Positions 57,538-64,000 of a DNA stretch of 64,000 nucleotides are shown here, one piece after another. The notes below the pieces were generated by a model. That model was not told the DNA's origin. It saw nothing but the letters and a program-made list of their open reading frames with translations, and made no database searches. The position numbers were made by a program, and so were the translations under genes. The stretch's first letter is position 1. Each line of letters starts with the position of its first letter. Origin of the DNA: Acidobacteriota bacterium (GTDB taxonomy: Bacteria; Acidobacteriota; Thermoanaerobaculia; Multivoradales; J023); NCBI GenBank assembly GCA_029263315.1, contig JAJCXR010000024.1, forward strand, positions 124,526-188,525. The letters are read 5' to 3'.

Positions 57538-60075
57538 ATGCGCTACAACCCAGCTGAAATCGAACCCAAATGGCAACAAATCTGGCAGGAGCAGGAGGCT
57601 TTTCGCACCCCTTCTGATCTCAAAGAGCTAAGTCGGCGCCCCAAATTCTACGTCCTCGACATGTTCCCCTACCCTTCGGGTGCCGGTTTGCATGTGGGCC
57701 ACGCCGAGGGCTACACGGCCACCGATGTGGTGGCCCGCTTCAAGCGCATGACCGGACACAACGTCTTGCACCCCATGGGCTGGGACGCCTTCGGCTTGCC
57801 CGCTGAGCGTTCGGCGGTGCGCGAAGGCATCCACCCGGCGAAGATCACCAAACGCAACGTCGACAACTTCACCAGGCAGATCAAGCGCCTCGGCTTCAGC
57901 TATGACTGGCGGCGTGAGGTCAATACCTCGCAGGCCGACTACTACCGCTGGACCCAGTGGATCTTTCTGCGCCTCTTCGAGAAGGATCTGGCCTACCTCA
58001 AAGAGGTGCCGGTGAATTGGTGTCCCGCCTTGGGCACCGTGTTGGCCAATGAAGAGGTCAAAGACGGCAAATACATCGAGACCGGCGACCCGGTGGAACG
58101 CCGCAACATGCGGCAATGGATGCTCAAAATCACCGCCTATTCGGAGCGTCTGCTGGAAGATCTCGACTTGGTGGATTGGCCGGAAAGCGTCAAGGAAATG
58201 CAGCGCAACTGGATCGGTAGATCGACGGGTTGCGATGTCACCTTCCGGATCAGCGACAGTGACCAGGCCTTCGAGGTGTTCACCACCCGCCCGGACACCC
58301 TCTTCGGTGCCACCTACTGCGTCTTGGCACCGGAGCATCCCCTGGTCGAGGTGATTACCACCGAGGAGCGACGACCGGCGGTGCAAGACTACGTCCGCGT
58401 CGCCACCCAGAAGACCGATCTGCTGCGTACCGACCTGGCCAAGGAGAAGAGTGGGGTCTTCTCCGGCGCCTACGCCATCAATCCGGTGAATGGCGAGAAG
58501 CTACCCGTCTGGATCGCCGACTATGTGCTGATGAGCTACGGCACCGGAGCCATCATGGCGGTTCCCGGCCAGGACCAACGGGACTGGGATTTCGCCAAGG
58601 TCTACGATCTGCCGATTCTGCGGACCGTCCAGCCGCCGCCGGGCTTCGACGGCGAGGCCTACACCGGTGACGGGGCGGCCATCAATTCCGCTTTCCTCGA
58701 TGGCCTGGAGGTGGACGAAGCCAAGGCCAAGATCACCGACTGGCTCGAGGACAAGGGTTTGGGCACCGCCAAGGTGCAATACAAGCTGCGTGATTGGCTA
58801 TTCTCGCGCCAGCGCTATTGGGGCGAGCCCTTCCCCATCGTCCACCTGGAAGATGGCACGGTGGTGGCACTGCCGGAGGATCAATTGCCCGTCACCCTGC
58901 CGCAGATCGACGAATATCGCCCCACCGACGACGGTCGGCCGCCTTTGGCTCGGGCCGGCGACGAGTGGTTGATGGTGGAGCTTCCCGATGGTCGCAAGGG
59001 AGTGCGCGAAACCAACACCATGCCGCAGTGGGCGGGATCTTGCTGGTATTACCTGCGTTACATCGATCCGCAGAACACCGAGCAACCGTGGGACCCGGCG
59101 CTGGAAGAGTATTGGTTGCCCGTCGACCTCTACATCGGTGGCGTCGAGCACGCCGTCCTGCATTTGCTCTATGCCCGTTTCTGGCACAAGGTGCTCTACG
59201 ATTGCGGTCTGGTGGCCTCCAAGGAGCCCTTCCAGAAGCTCTTCAACCAGGGCATGATCTTGGCCACCAGCTACCGCGATGAAGCCGGTAAGTACTGGTC
59301 GCGGGAGGATGTCGAAGAGTGCGACGGGCAGTTCTTTGCCCCCGGCCAGGAAACTGCCCTGTCGGTACAAGTGGAGAAGATGGCCAAGTCGAAGCTCAAC
59401 GGCGTCGATCCGATGCAAGTCATCGCCCAATACGGCGCCGACTCGGTGCGTTTGTACGAGCTGTTCATGGGCCCGCTGGAGCAAACCAAACCCTGGCAGA
59501 TGGAAAGCGTCGAAGGCATCTATCGTTTCCTCGGCAGGGTGTGGCGGCTGGTGATGGATCCCCTCAGCGGCGAGCTCAATGGCCGCCTCACCGACGCCGA
59601 GCCGAGCAGCGAAGCGGAGCTCGAGAAGACCCTGCACAAGACCCTCAAGAAAGTCCAGGAGGACACCGAGGCTTTGCGCTTCAACACCGCCATCGCCCAG
59701 ATGATGATCTTTGTCAACGAGGCCACCTCGAGCGCCACCTTGCCGAAGAGCATTCTCTCTGCCTTCTTGCACGCCCTGGCTCCCTACGCACCCCATCTGG
59801 CGGAGGAGGCCTGGCAGCGTCTCGGCGGTGACGGCCTGTTGGCCAAAGCGGCCTGGCCCGACCACGACGAAGCCCTGTGCGTCGAAGACACGATCACCGT
59901 CGTGGTCCAGGTGCAAGGCAAGTTGAGGGATCGCTTGCAAGTGGCCCGCGGCACCGCCAAGGCAACCCTCGAAGAGATGGCCTTGGCGTCGGAAGTGGTG
60001 CAACGTTTCTGCGACGGCAAGGCGCCGCGCAAGGTCATCGTGGTGCCCGACCGTCTGGTCAATATCGTTCTCTGA
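57538..60075 (+). CDS. leuS: Leucine--tRNA ligase
   Basis: HVGHAEGY (HIGH) and KMAKS (KMSKS) motifs and the CP1 editing domain. 846 aa from [13 protein letters not shown]. Confidence 0.95.
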   Translation: MRYNPAEIEPKWQQIWQEQEAFRTPSDLKELSRRPKFYVLDMFPYPSGAGLHVGHAEGYTATDVVARFKRMTGHNVLHPMGWDAFGLPAERSAVREGIHPAKITKRNVDNFTRQIKRLGFSYDWRREVNTSQADYYRWTQWIFLRLFEKDLAYLKEVPVNWCPALGTVLANEEVKDGKYIETGDPVERRNMRQWMLKITAYSERLLEDLDLVDWPESVKEMQRNWIGRSTGCDVTFRISDSDQAFEVFTTRPDTLFGATYCVLAPEHPLVEVITTEERRPAVQDYVRVATQKTDLLRTDLAKEKSGVFSGAYAINPVNGEKLPVWIADYVLMSYGTGAIMAVPGQDQRDWDFAKVYDLPILRTVQPPPGFDGEAYTGDGAAINSAFLDGLEVDEAKAKITDWLEDKGLGTAKVQYKLRDWLFSRQRYWGEPFPIVHLEDGTVVALPEDQLPVTLPQIDEYRPTDDGRPPLARAGDEWLMVELPDGRKGVRETNTMPQWAGSCWYYLRYIDPQNTEQPWDPALEEYWLPVDLYIGGVEHAVLHLLYARFWHKVLYDCGLVASKEPFQKLFNQGMILATSYRDEAGKYWSREDVEECDGQFFAPGQETALSVQVEKMAKSKLNGVDPMQVIAQYGADSVRLYELFMGPLEQTKPWQMESVEGIYRFLGRVWRLVMDPLSGELNGRLTDAEPSSEAELEKTLHKTLKKVQEDTEALRFNTAIAQMMIFVNEATSSATLPKSILSAFLHALAPYAPHLAEEAWQRLGGDGLLAKAAWPDHDEALCVEDTITVVVQVQGKLRDRLQVARGTAKATLEEMALASEVVQRFCDGKAPRKVIVVPDRLVNIVL

Positions 60076-60094
60076 GCAACGGACGGTTATCTTC

Positions 60095-60919
60095 ATGTCG
60101 CAAGCCGTCGATGCCGGCCAAGTCGGTCATTTAGTCAAGGCCCTGCGTCAGGTCGGCGAAGGGCATTTGGTGGTGATCACCGGCGCCGGGATCAGCTTGG
60201 CCAGCGGCATCGCCACCTTCCGCGGCACCGACCCGGACGCCATCTGGCAAAAGGACGTCACGGAGCTCGGCACCTTCCGCTATTTCCAGCACGATCCGGT
60301 GGGCAGCTGGAGATGGTATTTGTCCCGCTTTTCCCAAGTGCTGGGGGCGCAGCCCAATGCCGCCCATCGAGCCTTGGTGGACCTGGAGCGCTGGCAGCTG
60401 CAGCGCGGCCGCTTCACCCTGATCACCCAGAACGTCGACACCCTGCACGAGGACGCGGGCCAGCAAGAGTTGGTCAAAGTTCACGGCTCGGCGAATCGTA
60501 TCCGCTGTCCACGGGAGGGGTGTGCCAACGGTGCGCCGGAGGGCTCCTTGCCACGCAGCGATTTCGATGTCGAGGCTTTCCTCGCCCGCCCCGAGACAGA
60601 GCGCCTTCCCCACTGCCCCCTGTGTGGCGATATCCTGCGCCAGCACGTGCTGTGGTTCGACGAGTACTACGGCGAGCATCGGGACTACCAGTGGCCGCGA
60701 GTCCAGGAGGCGGCCTGGAGCGCCGATCTGATGCTCTTTGTGGGCACCTCGTTTTCGGTCGGTGTGACGGATCTCTTCCTGCGTCAGGGGCTCGGCAGAG
60801 GCATTGCCCTGCTGTCGATCGACCCTTCCGACGCCGCCGCGCCGATGGCCGGCCTCGAGGTCTTGAACGCCAAGGCCGAGGTCTTGCTACCGGCCGTCGG
60901 ACGCCATTTGCAGGGTTGA
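60095..60919 (+). CDS. NAD-dependent protein deacylase (Sir2/CobB family)
   Basis: GAGIS..SGI.TFRG, TQNVD.LHE, and the Zn-ribbon cysteines (CPREGC...CPLCG). Confidence 0.85.
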   Translation: MSQAVDAGQVGHLVKALRQVGEGHLVVITGAGISLASGIATFRGTDPDAIWQKDVTELGTFRYFQHDPVGSWRWYLSRFSQVLGAQPNAAHRALVDLERWQLQRGRFTLITQNVDTLHEDAGQQELVKVHGSANRIRCPREGCANGAPEGSLPRSDFDVEAFLARPETERLPHCPLCGDILRQHVLWFDEYYGEHRDYQWPRVQEAAWSADLMLFVGTSFSVGVTDLFLRQGLGRGIALLSIDPSDAAAPMAGLEVLNAKAEVLLPAVGRHLQG

Positions 60920-61133
60920 CTCACCTCCGCCGCCGGATTGACTTTTTCCCATTCTGCGGGTATTTTCGTTACCTCAATCCACAGACGGATTTGCATGCTT
61001 GCATCCATGCCTCGGGGCAGCTCCGCAGCTCACCGAGGCGAGGATTTCCGCCGACGGCTGGAGAAGATCGCTCCCTCACCATGGGCAGATCAGCGGATCA
61101 GCTAGTTATCAACTCAACCAGTAAGGACAATCC

Positions 61134-64000
61134 ATGTTTGAGCACATCAGCACCTCTCAGAAATTTCTGCTCATCTCGTTGCTCGCCGCGCTGCTGACCG
61201 TACAGGTGGCCGGCGCCGTCGCTCCACCGACCGAAAACGGCCATAATCAACGGAATTTCGATGCCAGAGTCAGCCACAATGCCTCCTTCACCACCCATCC
61301 CGGTATCGCCCAACGGCAGGGTTTCCAGGGATTCAGCCAACAGTTGCCCAGCGCCGCGGTGGACTACGACCGCCTCACCGGCGCCACCCGCAGCCTCTAC
61401 AATCGACTCGGCTACTTGACACCTCCGGTCACCGGCGAAGCCGATGCCATGACCCTAGCCCTCGACTTCGTGGCTCAGAATCTGCCGCTCTTGGGCCTCG
61501 AGGCGGCGGACTTCGCCTCCTATGAGGTGACCGATCATGTCTTTACCCGTGCCACCGGTACCAGCCGCATCTACTTGCGTCAGACGTTCCAAGGCTTGCC
61601 GGTCTACAACGGCCAGCTGCAGGTGACGGTCAACCGTGAAGGCCGCATCCTGGGTGTCAACAATCTGTTCATGCCCAACCTGAGCCGGGCCGCTGCCAGC
61701 CCCGAGCCCGCCTTCGGCGCTGCCCATGCGGTGGCCCAGGCAGCGCAGCATCTGTCGATGGAGGCGGCCGGCATCAGCCTCCTCGAAGGGCCTCAGGGAA
61801 CTGCCCAGCGCACCTCCCTCGAAGCGGCACAGCTGTCCCTCGATGCCATTGAGGCAGAGCTCATGTGGTTGCCCATACGTCGCGGCGATGCCCGTTTGGT
61901 GTGGCGCTTCCAGCTCCGCACCCCCGACAACCAGCACTGGTACGACATGACCGTCGACGCCCACAGCGGCCAGGTTTGGACCCGCTTCGATTGGGTGGCC
62001 AACGGCACCTCCCACCGCGTCGCCGCCTACCCCGCCGAGAGCCTCAACCACCTCGCCGTGCCGCCGCCGGCCGATGGTCGACCGGTGGAAGCCACGCCGG
62101 CGGATGGCACCGCCTCCCCCAATGGTTGGCACAATGATGGCACTACCGACTTCACCATCACCCGCGGCAACAACGTCAACGCCTATGAGGACTCGAACGG
62201 CAGCAACTCGCCGTCGACGCCGCAGCCGGACTGCGGTGCGGGCCTCGACTGCGACTTCGATTTCCCGATCGATTTTGCCGTCCAGGAGCCTGCCTCGTAC
62301 CAAGACGCTGCGGTGTCGAACCTCTTCTACTGGAACAACATCATTCACGATGTGCAATACCACTACGGCTTCGACGAAGCCGGTGGCAACTTTCAGGTCG
62401 ACAACTTCGGCAACGGTGGCCTCGGTACCGACGATGTGCAAGCCGAAGCCCAGGACGTCGGTAACTGCAACGCCAATTTCGGTACCCCCCCGGATGGCAA
62501 CCGCCCCCGCATGCAGATGTTCATCTGCAACAACGCCTCGCCGGCCCACGATGGCGACTTCGACAACGGCGTCATCATCCACGAATTCGGCCACGGCATC
62601 TCCAACCGCTTGGTGGGTGGACCTGCCAATACCGGCTGTCTCAACAATACGCAGCAGGGCGGCGAGGGCTACAGCGATTGGTGGTCCTTGGCTTACACCG
62701 CGGAGGTTGGTGACATGGGCACCGACAAGCGGGGTATCGGCACCTATCTGCTCGGGCAACCGACCACCGGCGACGGTATCCGTCCGCAGCCCTACAGCAC
62801 CGATCCCGCCATCAACAACTACACCTATGAGTCGATGAACGGTCTGTCGGTGCCCCACGGCGTCGGTTCCGTCTGGGCGCAAGCCGCCTGGGAGGTCTAC
62901 TGGGCCTTGGTGGATACCCACGGTTTCGATATCGACCTCCACAACGCCATGGGCGGCGCCGGCAACCAGCGGGCCATGCTCTATGTCAATGCTGGTCTGC
63001 AGAATTCCATCTGTGGCCCCGCCTTCACCGACGTGCGAGACGGCATGATCCAAGCGGCGGTCGACAACTTCGGCGGCGAGGACGTCTGCCTGCTATGGGA
63101 GACCTTCGGGGCCTACGGTTTGGGCGTCGATGCGGTCAGCGGTGGTCCTAACAGCACCTCCCCCACCAACGGTTTCGAGATCCCTGTCGAGTGTCAGTGT
63201 GAGGATGGACAGACCGTGCCCATCGCCGATGCCGGGCCCGATCAGGTGGCCTGCGCCGGGGATCCCGTGACCTTGGGAACACCGGCCGAGCCGGGGCATA
63301 CCTACCTCTGGTCGCCGGGTGGTCAGACGACGGCGCAAATCACCGTGTCGCCCGCCGACACGACGGTTTACACCCTGACCGCGACGACGGATTGCGGACC
63401 CAAGGAAGACAGCGCCACCGTCTTCATCGATAATGGCGAAGGTGGTTTGAGCGATGATTTCGAAGGCGGCACCGCCAATTGGACGGCTTCTGGTCTGTGG
63501 CACTTGGTGGCCAACTCCACCTGTGCGTTGCCGGAAGATGGGTTCTCGTCCCCGGTGAGCTCCTTCTACTATGGGCAAGACGGTAGCTGCACCTACGACA
63601 CCGGTGCCACCACCACCGGTGACCTGACCTCCCGCACCATCTTTGGTATCGACGGCAGCTCGACGCTGACCTTCGACTACTTCCGCGAGGTCGAGTCCTT
63701 CAGCGGCAGCTTCGACGTCACGCAGGTGGACGTCATCGCTGGCGGTGCGACGACGACGGTGTTCTCCCTCGATTCCAGCACCCCCTCCACCCTGGCGTGG
63801 TCCACTGAGGGGCCCATCGACTTGAGCGCCTTCGACGGCCAGGCCATCAGCTTGCGATTCCGCTTCAACAGCGCCGACAGTGTCGGAAACGACTTCATCG
63901 GCTGGTTTGTCGATGACGTGGTGGTCACCGGAACCTCCTCCTGCAAGCTTGGCGGCGGAGCGATCTTCAGCGGTGGCTTCGAGGAGGGTAATACCTCGGC
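61134..64000 (+). CDS. Secreted M36 (fungalysin-type) zinc metalloprotease with FTP propeptide and C-terminal beta-sandwich domains; 3' end beyond window
   Basis: Manual translation from ATG 61134 shows a signal peptide, a propeptide, and HEFGHGISNRL (HExxH) plus a downstream E in a Gly-rich context. After the catalytic domain come repeats of the ADAGPDQ...YLWSPGG type. The frame is open to the window end. Confidence 0.75.
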   Translation, partial: MFEHISTSQKFLLISLLAALLTVQVAGAVAPPTENGHNQRNFDARVSHNASFTTHPGIAQRQGFQGFSQQLPSAAVDYDRLTGATRSLYNRLGYLTPPVTGEADAMTLALDFVAQNLPLLGLEAADFASYEVTDHVFTRATGTSRIYLRQTFQGLPVYNGQLQVTVNREGRILGVNNLFMPNLSRAAASPEPAFGAAHAVAQAAQHLSMEAAGISLLEGPQGTAQRTSLEAAQLSLDAIEAELMWLPIRRGDARLVWRFQLRTPDNQHWYDMTVDAHSGQVWTRFDWVANGTSHRVAAYPAESLNHLAVPPPADGRPVEATPADGTASPNGWHNDGTTDFTITRGNNVNAYEDSNGSNSPSTPQPDCGAGLDCDFDFPIDFAVQEPASYQDAAVSNLFYWNNIIHDVQYHYGFDEAGGNFQVDNFGNGGLGTDDVQAEAQDVGNCNANFGTPPDGNRPRMQMFICNNASPAHDGDFDNGVIIHEFGHGISNRLVGGPANTGCLNNTQQGGEGYSDWWSLAYTAEVGDMGTDKRGIGTYLLGQPTTGDGIRPQPYSTDPAINNYTYESMNGLSVPHGVGSVWAQAAWEVYWALVDTHGFDIDLHNAMGGAGNQRAMLYVNAGLQNSICGPAFTDVRDGMIQAAVDNFGGEDVCLLWETFGAYGLGVDAVSGGPNSTSPTNGFEIPVECQCEDGQTVPIADAGPDQVACAGDPVTLGTPAEPGHTYLWSPGGQTTAQITVSPADTTVYTLTATTDCGPKEDSATVFIDNGEGGLSDDFEGGTANWTASGLWHLVANSTCALPEDGFSSPVSSFYYGQDGSCTYDTGATTTGDLTSRTIFGIDGSSTLTFDYFREVESFSGSFDVTQVDVIAGGATTTVFSLDSSTPSTLAWSTEGPIDLSAFDGQAISLRFRFNSADSVGNDFIGWFVDDVVVTGTSSCKLGGGAIFSGGFEEGNTS

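Overview
This is a high-GC (about 65%) bacterial chromosomal segment. It carries housekeeping genes on both strands: priA, accA, recJ, the lptC/A-lptB-rpoN-hpf-ptsN-hprK-rapZ-EIIA(Man)-ptsH-ptsI cluster, miaB, lptF/G, radA, dnaB, ihf, dtd, ssb, mutS, leuS and a sirtuin. It also has one tRNA-Leu(CAA). A VWFA-related 'acidobacterial-type' protein and a secreted M36 fungalysin suggest an Acidobacteria-like origin; that is an inference only. Two accessory regions stand out:

- **Region 26.2-30.5 kb.** A low-GC stretch with a bifunctional-nuclease-family gene and a parA-parB pair. Upstream of parAB is a 1.2-kb non-coding block of nested repeats containing four copies of a perfect 18-bp palindrome, ATGTCGGCGCGCCGACAT.
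- **Region 34-43.3 kb.** A co-directional metal-resistance island on the minus strand. It reads: CsoR/RcnR-family repressor, merT, merP, merA, a small secreted peptide, a second LpdA/GR/MerA-like flavoprotein disulfide reductase, an ACR3 arsenite-pump remnant, a thioredoxin-like CPxC protein, a secreted HMA (MxCxxC) protein, an outer-membrane barrel, an NHL propeller and a Hg-type MerR. An ArsR/SRPBCC pair lies next to it.

The second reductase has one in-frame TGA exactly at the first redox-active Cys (GGT-TGA-VNEGCVPTK). That makes it a candidate selenoprotein; the alternative is a nonsense pseudogene. Both the LptC/LptA periplasmic bridge (670 aa) and the LptF/LptG permease pair (800 aa) appear as single fused ORFs. 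Several short tandem repeats sit in 5' regions (dnaB, the VWA gene, the TGA-oxidoreductase gene). Many ORFs in the supplied track are antisense shadow ORFs typical of high-GC DNA and were ignored.
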